Origin: an uncultured delta proteobacterium
GTDB lineage: Bacteria > Desulfobacterota > Binatia > DP-6
DNA: 64,000 nucleotides
Reading direction: 5' to 3'
Assembly (NCBI GenBank): GCA_963815115.1
Contig: CAWFFN010000005.1
Location: 608,001 to 672,000, forward strand
A model generated the notes under the pieces. That model made no database searches. It worked only from the letters and a program-made list of their open reading frames with translations, and had not been told where the DNA came from. Positions 40,410-49,880 of this stretch are shown here, piece after piece; within the stretch, counting starts at the first letter, position 1; every line of letters begins with the position of its first letter. A program made the position numbers and the translations under genes.

Positions 40410-42610
40410 TGCGGTCCCCTCAAGCCGACGATCTTCCAGTCGCCGTCGGCTTCCTTGCGCAGCATCCCGGTGGTGGTGACCTCGAGGTGGATCTTCTTGC
40501 CGGTCTTCGCGTCGGTGAACTCGTCCCGGCGGGTGAAGGTGGCGGCGGCCTGGTCGCCCTGGCGGAGCACGTCGATGCCGGAGATCTGCACCTTCAGATC
40601 GGGTGCGATCTGGAAGTAGGTCTGCAGCTTCTGGCGCTGCGATTCGCTCATCTGCTCCTGCAGGGCGGCGATCTGGTCGACGTTCCTCGCCTCCAGGGCG
40701 GCGCCGTAGCGGTTGAGGAGGCTCCGGATGGCGGCGTCGTCGCCGTCCTCCTCGGCGGCCCAGGCCATCGACTGTCCGAACAGCCAGGAAGATCCGCCGG
40801 GAGCGGGCAGCGGCGGGGTCGCCGTGGGCTCGGACGGGCGGGGTCCCGCGCGCGGCTCGTCGGACGGTGTCGGGTCGCCAAGGGTCTCCGTGAAGAGGCG
40901 ATAGACGTCGAGCGTCTCGTTGCCGCGGCTGGCGACGATCTCCTTCAGCTGCTGCGGGGTCGGTGTGACGCCGAGTGCGCGCAGGGTACGTTCCGCGAGC
41001 TCGTTCTCGAGCTCCATCAGCTTCTCCGGCGGCCCCTGGACGTGCTCGGTCGCCACCAGCAGCCCCGTGGCCGCATCGATGACGTCCAGGTCGAGCGACA
41101 CCAGCTTGTCGTCGAGCGCGATGCTCGCCGAGAGCATCCTGTTCATGTGCAGCTGCGCCGCAGCCTCGATCTCGCTCAGCCCCTTCGTCTTCTGCAGGAA
41201 GTCGATCATCTGGCGCGAGAAGACCTGGATGGGCGGGAACTTGCCGAGAATGGTGATGAGCCCGTCGCGGGTGAGCTGCCGCATCCAGGCCGGAACGCCA
41301 GGCGTGCGGGCGCGCACCTCCATCACGCCGATGCGGATCGGCGTCTGCGGACCCGTCGAGGTGCGCCGGAACACGCCCACGCCGATCGCCGCGGCGAGCG
41401 CGACGAGCGCCACGATCGCGGCGAACCGGCCGGGGCGTCGTCGCGGTGCGACGACCGTGGCGGGCGCGGGCACGGGGGCACGGATGGGGGCGGGCGGCTC
41501 GACGGCAGGCGGTGCCGGTGCGGGCCGCTCGGGCGCTTGCGCCGGCGGCAGCTGCGGCAGCGGCACGACCGCGCCGCTGCGCAGCAGGGTCTGCCCTGGG
41601 TTGCCGTAGAGCACGAACGAGAGCCAGGTCGGCGAGCCGGCGCTCTCCGGCCTGCGGCGGCACTCGGCGCGCGCGTCGCGCAGCGCCTCGCCGATCGGGA
41701 CGGGCTCGAGCACGCGCCGGTAGAACGCCTCGGCGAGCGTCGCGGCGTGCCGGTCGCTCACGTCGGCGAGTGTCCCGACCACGGCAACCGCGCCGCCGAA
41801 GAGAAACGCGTAGGCCACGCTCGACACGGTCGCTTCCCAGGAGCCGCTCGCGGGTCCCTGGTGCTCGCGTGCGCTGGCGCACGCGTTCAAGAAGACGAGA
41901 GGCCGGCCGGCGACGTTGGGCTCGATCACCGCCGGGGACAGCGGGCGCGAGTCGGCGAGCAGGAGCGCCGGGCCGGTCTCCTCGCTGGTGATGACGTGGC
42001 CACAGTAGTGGATGAGATCGAAGCCCTCGCCGAGATACGCCGCGACGGTCTCGAAGCTCGCCAGCCGGTCGACGACGCACACGATGTCGGCGAACGGCTC
42101 GAGGGTCTCGCAGACGCCCTCGACCTCCTGGCGCACGAAGGGCAGGTCGCCGCGCGGATCCGAGCCGATGACCAGCGCCCGCGGCCGCGCGCGCATGCGC
42201 GGCGTGGCGCCGGCGAGCAGTGGGCGGTCGAGCACGAGGCGCTTGCCGAGCCCGTAGCGCAGCCCCCAGAACTCCTCCTCGTCGTGCAGGAGCTCCCACG
42301 GCATGCCGTAGAGCGACGTGCTGATCAGGAGCGGCCCCGAGACGCCCCGCAGCTTCTCGCGCAGGCGGGCCGGGACGAGCGTGCGGTAGATCACCTGGCC
42401 GCGCGCCTGCGCCTCCTGGGCGAACGTCTTGCTCTCGGGGCTGCGCAGCAGCGACTCGGCGCTCGCCAGGAGGGCGCGCGTGGTGACGTCGTCGACCGGA
42501 TGGCGGAACTCTTCCTGGAGCGGCTCGCCGAGGTCGCGCTCGGGGATGTCGAGCCGGTAGCGGAGCGCGCCCGCGGTCCGCTCGATGGAGAGCGTCGGGA
42601 CGAGCCTCAT
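40406..42610 (-). CDS. Membrane-anchored CHAT (caspase-like) protease with periplasmic TolB-N/CsgG-like and NTF2-like domains
   Basis: MPWELL, DLP...QEV, IHYCGH, VFLNAC, VSD..A...AEAFY, EALRDAR, FVLYG; one TM helix after RRRPGR. Confidence 0.85.
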   Translation of the reverse strand: MRLVPTLSIERTAGALRYRLDIPERDLGEPLQEEFRHPVDDVTTRALLASAESLLRSPESKTFAQEAQARGQVIYRTLVPARLREKLRGVSGPLLISTSLYGMPWELLHDEEEFWGLRYGLGKRLVLDRPLLAGATPRMRARPRALVIGSDPRGDLPFVRQEVEGVCETLEPFADIVCVVDRLASFETVAAYLGEGFDLIHYCGHVITSEETGPALLLADSRPLSPAVIEPNVAGRPLVFLNACASAREHQGPASGSWEATVSSVAYAFLFGGAVAVVGTLADVSDRHAATLAEAFYRRVLEPVPIGEALRDARAECRRRPESAGSPTWLSFVLYGNPGQTLLRSGAVVPLPQLPPAQAPERPAPAPPAVEPPAPIRAPVPAPATVVAPRRRPGRFAAIVALVALAAAIGVGVFRRTSTGPQTPIRIGVMEVRARTPGVPAWMRQLTRDGLITILGKFPPIQVFSRQMIDFLQKTKGLSEIEAAAQLHMNRMLSASIALDDKLVSLDLDVIDAATGLLVATEHVQGPPEKLMELENELAERTLRALGVTPTPQQLKEIVASRGNETLDVYRLFTETLGDPTPSDEPRAGPRPSEPTATPPLPAPGGSSWLFGQSMAWAAEEDGDDAAIRSLLNRYGAALEARNVDQIAALQEQMSESQRQKLQTYFQIAPDLKVQISGIDVLRQGDQAAATFTRRDEFTDAKTGKKIHLEVTTTGMLRKEADGDWKIVGLRGPQ

Positions 42611-42836
42611 CGAGCCCCGTACGGGCTGCGCTGGGAGCCGGCGTGCAACCCGCGGGCTACCCGGGCGCCGCACACGGACCCCTGACCCGGCACGCCACGA
42701 GGACGACGGGGTCTCAGGCCTGCTTCGTCGCGCACGGACGTCGTCTCGGTGGAGCGCACCTAGCATCGCGAGGCCCGTGGGTCCACTCCGGGTTCGTCGA
42801 GGGTCGCGCGGCGGCGAGGCCACGGTCTCTCGCCGG

Positions 42837-43736
42837 CTACGCGGCGAGCTCGACGTCGAACCGGAGCTTGAACCTTAGCGTTCGTTCCCGTTCGTGCAGC
42901 TCGAGCACGTACCGTCCGGGTCTCACGCCCTTCACGAGCACGGGGGCCGTTCCCCTGACCGTGTAGCGCGCGACCAGTTCGGCGCGGTCCGCTTCTACCA
43001 CCCGGAGCTGCACCGAGAGCTCGCTGGTCTCGGACCCGGAGACGCGGAGCGCAATCGCCACCAGCTCATCGCTCTGCGCCTCGAGTCGGAGTTCGACCCA
43101 GAGTCCCGAGTCCGCGAGCGCGAACTGAACCTCCTGGCCGAGCCCCGGTGCGGTGGCCTCGGAGGAGTCGGCATCGAGGCCCCGCATCGCGCCCACAGGA
43201 ACGGGCACCGCGCCGACCAGGAAGCCCTCCGGGACCTCGGTGAAAACCGCGGCGGCGCGTCCGACCCGCACGACGGCGTGTCCGACCACCTCGCGCACCT
43301 TCGCACCGAATCGGTTCGCCGTCTCGCGCCACCGTGGCGCGGGAGCCAGGAGCGGCTCGAGTTCCCCGCGCGCCGCGGCGCGCTCGACGGCGATCAGCTC
43401 GACCAGCCGCTCCCGGCAAGCGATGCACCAGCCCAGGTGACGGGCGAGCGTAGGCTCCCGGTTGCGGATGTCGGCCGCAGCGAGGTCGGTGACAAGGTAG
43501 AGCCGATCCTGCACTGCGTCGCAGCCGAAAAGGGACTGCATCCGGTCCGACTCTGCGGGGAGCTCCCCGGTCGCCAGCTCGTAGACCGTCCGCAGGATGG
43601 ACCAGCAGTCGGAGCACCAGGCGGCGTGCTCCTCGGCGGCCCGCCGATTGGCGGCGGTCTCCGGCTCGCCCGGCTGAGCGGGCGGCGACGCGAGCAGAGT
43701 GGCGATGCAATCCTCGTGGTTCACGGCTGCAACCAT
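42837..43736 (-). CDS. Putative soluble anti-sigma factor with two HxxxCxxC zinc-binding motifs
   Basis: HAAWCSDC and HLGWCIAC; directly downstream of the ECF sigma gene; no TM helix. Confidence 0.7.
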   Translation of the reverse strand: MVAAVNHEDCIATLLASPPAQPGEPETAANRRAAEEHAAWCSDCWSILRTVYELATGELPAESDRMQSLFGCDAVQDRLYLVTDLAAADIRNREPTLARHLGWCIACRERLVELIAVERAAARGELEPLLAPAPRWRETANRFGAKVREVVGHAVVRVGRAAAVFTEVPEGFLVGAVPVPVGAMRGLDADSSEATAPGLGQEVQFALADSGLWVELRLEAQSDELVAIALRVSGSETSELSVQLRVVEADRAELVARYTVRGTAPVLVKGVRPGRYVLELHERERTLRFKLRFDVELAA

Positions 43737-43773
43737 CGGGACGAAAGTCCGCAGTGGGATGTGTCGCCCCCCG

Positions 43774-44358
43774 TCACTCGGGGTCCTCGAAAGCCTGGCG
43801 AAGGGCCTTGCGAATGCGTTTGAGCTGTCCAGCCACGCTGTCCCTGGTGAGTCCTTGACGCGCCGCGATCTCCTTTTCGGGCAGGTCGTCCACGAACTTG
43901 AGGCGGGCCACCTCGAGTCGCGACACGGCGCGCGCCACGATGGCGAGCCGCTCCCGGTGGGCCGCGAGGTCCTCGGGGCCGGGGGCGTCGTCCGGAAGGG
44001 AGTCCCGCAGCGCGTGCTCGGGGTCGTCCTCGGGCATGCCGACGTAGCCCCGCCGGCGCGAATGGCGGCGACCGTCGCGGGCCAGGTCCAGCACGGTGTG
44101 GACGAAGAGGGAGCGGGCCCAGGCTTCGAGCCGGTCCGCGTCGCGCAGCGTGTCCAGCTTCTCGCACGAGATCAGCTTCAGAAGAGCCGTCTGGACGGCG
44201 TCCTCGAGGTCGTCCTGGAGCTGGGGGTAGCGCCGGCGGCCGAGCGCGAGCCAGTGGCGCCGGAAGCCCTCCAACACGTTGCCGAGGCGTGGATCGGGCG
44301 TCCCCGACTGTGCAGAGCGCAAGATGCCGAGGATGGCTTCCGGCGGCCCAGTCAGCAC
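43774..44358 (-). CDS. ECF-type RNA polymerase sigma factor
   Basis: Region 2 DLEDAVQ...LEAWARS...VLDLAR; region 4 LPEKEIAARQG....VAGQLKRIRKALR. GTG after AAGGGG (start uncertain). Confidence 0.85.
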   Translation of the reverse strand: MLTGPPEAILGILRSAQSGTPDPRLGNVLEGFRRHWLALGRRRYPQLQDDLEDAVQTALLKLISCEKLDTLRDADRLEAWARSLFVHTVLDLARDGRRHSRRRGYVGMPEDDPEHALRDSLPDDAPGPEDLAAHRERLAIVARAVSRLEVARLKFVDDLPEKEIAARQGLTRDSVAGQLKRIRKALRQAFEDPE

Positions 44359-44588
44359 TTCATCGTTCCCCTTCGAGATTGACCGAAGCCCCCCCACCCG
44401 GTCAAGGTAGCGAACAGGGAGGATGACACACTGCTACGCGGAGGGGCGTCCCTCTCAGCAGACCGCGCAGATGCGAGGCTCAGATGTCGAGGGGGAAAGC
44501 GGCTCGAGTGCGAGTCGAGCTGCGAATGGCCTTTTTCCGGGACTCTGGAGAAGGTAACCTTTCCGATCCCGCCCAAAGATCCCTCATC

Positions 44589-47500
44589 ATGCGGCGTCAT
44601 TCTCGGTCGATTGTCTTCGCTTCGCTGGTCATTCTTCTCCTGACTGGGCTGGCGCGCGCCGACGACATCACCTGCGGTGAAACGCTCTCGCGCGTCATCG
44701 ACGACCGCGGCGTCGATGACGAGCTCACCTTCACGGCGCTGCAGGGCGAGGTCGTCAGCGTCACCGTCGCCGCGGCCGCGGGTCAGCCGTTCAAGTTCGA
44801 TCCGCGGTGGGAGATCACCGATTCCGACGGTCACAAGGTGCCGCTCGCGAACGACGACACGCGTTGCGCCTCCACCGAGCATCAGTGCGAGACCCTCCCG
44901 TTTGCGGCCAGCGACACCTATACGCTCTCCATCCGGGACGACAATCACAACGCGGCCGGCACCTACAACGTCACCCTCGAGGCCGTGTCCGCCACGGCGA
45001 ACGGCGCGCTCAACGGGCCGCCGGCGCAGGTTCCCGCGTGCGCGCGCCTCAATCAGAGCGGCAAGCCCGATGGCACGCAGCTGATCGAACGCGGGCAGCT
45101 CGTCGGTGGCGCCATCGACGTCTTCGGCGAGACCGACACCTTCACCTTCGCCGCCTCGGCCGGCGACGTGGTGACCATCGGGCTCGCGACCGGCGGCTCG
45201 CCCGCCGATTCCTTCGACCCGGTCTGGCGGCTCTTCGATCCCGCCGGCGCGGTCGTCGGTGGAGGGGACCAGGGCATCGTCTACTGCCCCGACACGTGCG
45301 ACCGGGGTCCGCTGCCCGCGGCCGGCATCTACACCATCAAGGTCTACGATTTCGGCTACGACGGCGCCGGCGACTACACGCTGTTCCTGCAGAACGCCGC
45401 GGTCACCACGACGACCACGATCACCACCACCACCGCCGCGCCCGCGACCACCACCACGACGCTGCTGCCGGCGGGCACGGCTCCGATCTACGAGCTGGCG
45501 AAGACGCTCCGGCGTCTCGGTTCGGCGGAGGAGCTCGGTGCGGCGCTCGCCGCGACCCCGGACCGGCTGATCATCGGCTCGCCCGCGGACCAGACGAGCG
45601 GTCCCGCCGCCGGCGCGGTGTTCGTCGTGAGCCTCTTCGGCACTCCAGGCGATCCGAACTACGGCCAGCTGCTGGCAACGCTGGTCAAGCCGAGCGGGCC
45701 GAGCGCGAAGGACGACCGCTTCGGCGCCGCGCTGGCGCTCATCGATCAGAGCATCCTCGTCGGCGCGCCGGGTGACGACACGAAGGGCGAGGACGCCGGC
45801 GCGGCATACGTCTTCGGAGCCGACCTCCGGCCGGCGCTGCGCGACCCGCTCACCTCACCGCGGGGCGCGGCTGGCGGCCGCTTCGGTGCCGCCGTCGCGG
45901 TGGTCGATGGCCAGGCGCTCGTCGGCGCTCCCGGTGAGGACGGCGTGGGACGGGTCTATCTCTTCGATCCCGCCGGAACGCCCATCCAGAATTTCGATGC
46001 CGCCGCTGCCGTCGCCGGCGCAATCGACGTGCAGAACGCCAATGCCGCCACGGCACGCGCCGGGGATCGGTTCGGGTCGGCGATCGCCGCGTCGGGTGAC
46101 GAGATCGTCTTCGGCGCGCCCGCCGACGTCAACAACCCCGGACGCGTGTTCCTCTTCAACAGCCGGACGGGCAAGTGGCAGGTCATTGCCAGCCCGAGCC
46201 CGTCGCCGGGCGACGGCTTCGGCTCGGCCGTGACGTTCGCGGGCAACGCGCAGATCGTCATCGGCGCGCCGGGGGTCGAGAAGATCTTCGTGGTCGGGCA
46301 GCAGCGCGGCAAGCCGGCGCAGGACGTCGGGCTCGCCCCGAGCGGCGGGCTCGGAGCCGCGGTCGCCGCGTTCGGTTCGAATCAGCTCCTCGTCGGCGCG
46401 CCGACGGACGGCGCCGCCACGGGCGGAGCGGCGTTGCAGGTCCGGCTCGACAACAACCCCTCCAAGAGCGAGATCCTGACCAAGTTCGTCAAGAAGCTTC
46501 CCGAGGCAGGCGATGGGTACGGCACGGCGGTGGTCGCGGCAGGCGCTCGCATCGCGATCGGTTCGCCGGGCGACAACGCCGGCACCGTCAGCGGGGGCGC
46601 CGTGTACGTCTACGGCCCGACCAGCACCACGCCGGAGGCGGTGTTCCGCAAGCGTCTCACCCCGTCGGGATTCGGCAAGGCGCTGAGCGCCAATGCCACC
46701 GACGTGGTCGTGGGAGCGCCGGAGGATGTCGAGGGCCACGGCGCCGTCTACCGCTTCGATACGCGCATCCCGTGCACGCCGAACTGTCCGCTGCTCGGAT
46801 CGGCGGTTACGGGCCCAGTCGCCGGCTCGCGCTTCGGCCAGACCGTCGCGGTGCTCGACGGGACGACGCTGGTCGGCGCACCGTCCCAGGACGGCGCGCA
46901 GGGCCAGGAGAGCGGTGCCGCGTACCTGGTGAACCCGACGCAGGTCGGTCCGCTGCTGGCGGATCCCGAGCCCTTCCCCGGCGATCAGTTCGGCTTCGCG
47001 GTCGCCGCGGCCGACAACGACCTCCTGGTTGGCGCGCCGCTTCTCGGCAGCTCCGACACCGGCGCGGTCTTCGTCTTCGAGCAGAGCGACGGCTTCCCCC
47101 GTCGCGTGACGTACCGCAAGCCCACGCCCACCGCGGGCGATTTCTTCGGCGCCGCGATCGCGGTCGACGGGGACACCGTCGCCGTCGGCGCGCCGTTCGA
47201 CAACGCGGCCGCACAGAATGGCGGCGCCGTCTACCTCTTCCGTCGCTCCACCGCGGAGCTGCTGCGGACGGACCCGCTGGTGAGCAACGCCCCGGTCGCG
47301 CGCGAGCTGTTCGGCTCCGCACTGGCGATCAGCCCCCAGTGGATCGTCGTCGGCGCTCCGCTCCAGGACGGCAGCAACGACGCGCCCGGCAAGGCCTACG
47401 TCTTCGACCGCGCCACGTTCGCGCTGGTGCGCAGCCTCGCCAGCCCGAGTCCCCACCCCGGGGATCACTTCGGCGCTTCGGTGGCGATCGTCGGCGGCTA

Positions 47501-48452
47501 CGTCCTGGTCGGTGCCCCGTATGACGACTCCGGCGCCACGCAGACGGGCGCGGCCTACCTCTTCGAGCCCGCCTCCGGGAACCTGGCGCAGGTCTTCAAC
47601 AACCCCGCGCAGAACGCCTTCGACCACTTCGGCCAGGCGGTCGTCGCCGGGCCAGCGGGTCCGGTGATCGGCGCTCCCGGTCCGTCGCGCGTCTACGTCT
47701 ACCAGCCCGCCTCGGGTGGCCTCACGGTCCGCAATGCGCATGGCATCACCGCCGCCGCCTCCGGGCCGCGGTGCGGCAACGGCATCGTCGAGGGCGCCGA
47801 GCAGTGCGACGACGGCAACTCGATCGATACCGACGATTGCCGCAACGACTGCACGCTCCAGAAGTGCTGCACCATCGACCCGCTCGCAGCCGACCGTTGC
47901 AACGACTTCGACCCCTGCACGGACGACGTGCTCGATGCCAGCGGCGGCTGCAGGAACGTGGACAACGGCACCTGCTGCACCTCGGACGCGAGCTGCACCG
48001 GCAACGGCACCTGCCGCCTGTGCGCAGGATGCTCGCTGTTCCCTTGGGACTGCTGCGACCAGGGCGCCGCCTGCATCCTCAAGTCATCGGAGTGCTCCGA
48101 TAAGACGTGCTTCGATGCGGCGACCTGCGAGTGTGAGGGAGGCCTCACCTGCAGCGACGGCGCCGTGCCCACGGAGATCTCGAGTCTCTTCGTGCCGGCC
48201 TGCGACATGCTGCGCCTGGAGCAGGACGGCAGCTCGGACAGGACGCCGCTCCAGGTCGCGCGGCTCGCCGCGAAGGAAGCCCGCAAGATGCTCCGCAAGG
48301 CGATGCACCGCACGCGCGAGCAGCTCTCCCGGCACGTCATCTCCAAGGGCTGCCGCAAGGAGATCATGACCACGCTTCGCCAGGTGCGACGCTCCATCCC
48401 GGAGGGCCAGCACATGCGGAAGTGCGTGGCTCATGAGCAGCCGGGAGCCTGA
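44589..48452 (+). CDS. Large secreted protein: two PPC-like domains, FG-GAP/integrin-alpha repeats, cysteine-rich repeats and a basic helical C-terminus
   Basis: Signal peptide ARA-D; D.FTF.A..GDVV.I; Thr-rich linker; many FG.AVA....VGAP...GAVY repeats; CGNGIVEGAEQCDDGN. Confidence 0.85.
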   Translation: MRRHSRSIVFASLVILLLTGLARADDITCGETLSRVIDDRGVDDELTFTALQGEVVSVTVAAAAGQPFKFDPRWEITDSDGHKVPLANDDTRCASTEHQCETLPFAASDTYTLSIRDDNHNAAGTYNVTLEAVSATANGALNGPPAQVPACARLNQSGKPDGTQLIERGQLVGGAIDVFGETDTFTFAASAGDVVTIGLATGGSPADSFDPVWRLFDPAGAVVGGGDQGIVYCPDTCDRGPLPAAGIYTIKVYDFGYDGAGDYTLFLQNAAVTTTTTITTTTAAPATTTTTLLPAGTAPIYELAKTLRRLGSAEELGAALAATPDRLIIGSPADQTSGPAAGAVFVVSLFGTPGDPNYGQLLATLVKPSGPSAKDDRFGAALALIDQSILVGAPGDDTKGEDAGAAYVFGADLRPALRDPLTSPRGAAGGRFGAAVAVVDGQALVGAPGEDGVGRVYLFDPAGTPIQNFDAAAAVAGAIDVQNANAATARAGDRFGSAIAASGDEIVFGAPADVNNPGRVFLFNSRTGKWQVIASPSPSPGDGFGSAVTFAGNAQIVIGAPGVEKIFVVGQQRGKPAQDVGLAPSGGLGAAVAAFGSNQLLVGAPTDGAATGGAALQVRLDNNPSKSEILTKFVKKLPEAGDGYGTAVVAAGARIAIGSPGDNAGTVSGGAVYVYGPTSTTPEAVFRKRLTPSGFGKALSANATDVVVGAPEDVEGHGAVYRFDTRIPCTPNCPLLGSAVTGPVAGSRFGQTVAVLDGTTLVGAPSQDGAQGQESGAAYLVNPTQVGPLLADPEPFPGDQFGFAVAAADNDLLVGAPLLGSSDTGAVFVFEQSDGFPRRVTYRKPTPTAGDFFGAAIAVDGDTVAVGAPFDNAAAQNGGAVYLFRRSTAELLRTDPLVSNAPVARELFGSALAISPQWIVVGAPLQDGSNDAPGKAYVFDRATFALVRSLASPSPHPGDHFGASVAIVGGYVLVGAPYDDSGATQTGAAYLFEPASGNLAQVFNNPAQNAFDHFGQAVVAGPAGPVIGAPGPSRVYVYQPASGGLTVRNAHGITAAASGPRCGNGIVEGAEQCDDGNSIDTDDCRNDCTLQKCCTIDPLAADRCNDFDPCTDDVLDASGGCRNVDNGTCCTSDASCTGNGTCRLCAGCSLFPWDCCDQGAACILKSSECSDKTCFDAATCECEGGLTCSDGAVPTEISSLFVPACDMLRLEQDGSSDRTPLQVARLAAKEARKMLRKAMHRTREQLSRHVISKGCRKEIMTTLRQVRRSIPEGQHMRKCVAHEQPGA

Positions 48453-48504
48453 GGGGCGGCCGGCCCCGTGGGGCGCCGGCGCCCGAGGGTCGCTCCGAAG
48501 CCGC

Positions 48505-48825
48505 TCAGTCGAACTCGTCGTCGCGGGCCGCGGGCCGCACGTACCGGCCTCTGGCGACCAGCCGGCGGAAGGCTTCCAGGACGGCCGCCTCCCGGCTCAT
48601 CTCCTCGACGCGGCCGTCCTCGTCCTCGAGCCGCACCAGCACCCCGGGCAGCTCGCGCACGTTACAGCCCACCTGCTCGAGAAAGCCGCGCGCGATCTGG
48701 AGGTCGTCGGCGGACGCCTTGATCCGGCCGGCGGCCAGCCAGGCGTCGGCGATGCGCACGGCGGCCAGCTCGAATCGGCACTCGACCGGCCGGGGCACGT
48801 TGCGCAGAACGTCGTAGTGATCCAA
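48505..48825 (-). CDS. Small hypothetical protein
   Basis: TTG after GGAGGGG; protein-like composition; fills the gap downstream of korB. Confidence 0.6.
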   Translation of the reverse strand: MDHYDVLRNVPRPVECRFELAAVRIADAWLAAGRIKASADDLQIARGFLEQVGCNVRELPGVLVRLEDEDGRVEEMSREAAVLEAFRRLVARGRYVRPAARDDEFD

Positions 48826-48878
48826 CCGTGTGCCCCCTCCGCGGGTCAAGACGGGGGCAGCGCGGTGGATGTGTCAGG

Positions 48879-49880
48879 TCAGCGTACGACCCAGGTCTCG
48901 CCGCGCCGCAGCAGGCTGCCGAGATCGGCGGGCGAGCGCTCCCTGGCCGCCGCGATCTGCGCGTTGGCGGCGTCCTCGTAAGTCGGGCGCGCGACGGCGC
49001 GCAGGACGCCGACGGGGGTGGGAAACTCCGGCGGCCCGAGACGGGACAGCAGCGCGGCCATCGTCGAATCTCGCTCGTCGTGAACCACCAGGTCGGCCTC
49101 CGTGATACCGCCGCCGAGCTCGACCACCTCGGGGAGCAGGCCCCGCAACCGGATGCCCCGGTTGCGGTCCCGGCCGAAGATCAGCGGCCGGCCATGCTCG
49201 AGGACGAGCGTGCGGTCGGCCTTGCGGGCCTTGTCCGTGAGATCCTCGAAGGCGCCGTCGTTGAAGACGTTGCAGTTCTGGAGGACCTCGACGAAGGAGG
49301 CGCCCCGGTGCGCGTGTGCGCGCCGCAGGACCTCCGTCAGATGCTTGGCCTCGACGTCCACGCTGCGGGCGACGAACGATGCCCCCGCCCCCAGGACCAG
49401 CGCCAGCGGATCGAAGGGCTGATCGACGGAGCCGAACGGGGTCGATTTCGTCGTCTTCCCCACCTCCGAGGTGGGCGAGTACTGGCCCTTGGTCAGGCCG
49501 TAGATGCGGTTGTTGAACACCAGGATGCAGAGGTCGAGGTTGCGGCGAAGGGCGTGAATCAGATGGTTGCCGCCAATCGAGAGTGCATCGCCGTCGCCCG
49601 TCACGACCCACACCGAGAGCTCCGGCCTCGATATCTTGAGCCCGGTCGCGAGGGCCGGGGCTCGGCCATGGATGGAATGGAAGCCGTAGGTGTTGACGTA
49701 GTACGGGAAGCGGCTCGAGCAGCCGATCCCGGAGACGAAGACGAAGTTCTCCCGCGGTACGCCGAGCTCGGGCAGGAGCTTCTGCACCTGGGCGAGGATG
49801 GCGTAGTCACCGCAGCCCGGGCACCAGCGCACGTCCTGGTCGGAGATGAAATCCTTCCGGCTGAGCGGCGCGCTGCTCAC
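48879..49880 (-). CDS. korB: 2-oxoacid:ferredoxin oxidoreductase beta subunit
   Basis: WCPGCGD, SGIGCSS, GDGD..SIGGNH, NN.IYGLTKGQ.SPT. Confidence 0.93.
   Translation of the reverse strand: MSSAPLSRKDFISDQDVRWCPGCGDYAILAQVQKLLPELGVPRENFVFVSGIGCSSRFPYYVNTYGFHSIHGRAPALATGLKISRPELSVWVVTGDGDALSIGGNHLIHALRRNLDLCILVFNNRIYGLTKGQYSPTSEVGKTTKSTPFGSVDQPFDPLALVLGAGASFVARSVDVEAKHLTEVLRRAHAHRGASFVEVLQNCNVFNDGAFEDLTDKARKADRTLVLEHGRPLIFGRDRNRGIRLRGLLPEVVELGGGITEADLVVHDERDSTMAALLSRLGPPEFPTPVGVLRAVARPTYEDAANAQIAAARERSPADLGSLLRRGETWVVR

Noticed and set aside
40410-42299. 1040-aa ORF fusing the barrel to upstream sequence
   Set aside because: Off-frame over the CHAT gene. The barrel has its own signal peptide at GTG 40409.
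39177-44358. Type III-E CRISPR (Craspase) locus
   Set aside because: No cas genes, repeat array or TPR-CHAT architecture in the window. Only the protease / anti-sigma / sigma logic is shared.
45404-45461. ACC/ACG trinucleotide-like repeats, and Pro/Thr repeats at about 12570-12665
   Set aside because: They encode Thr- or Pro-rich linkers within secreted proteins and are not CRISPR arrays or contingency repeats.
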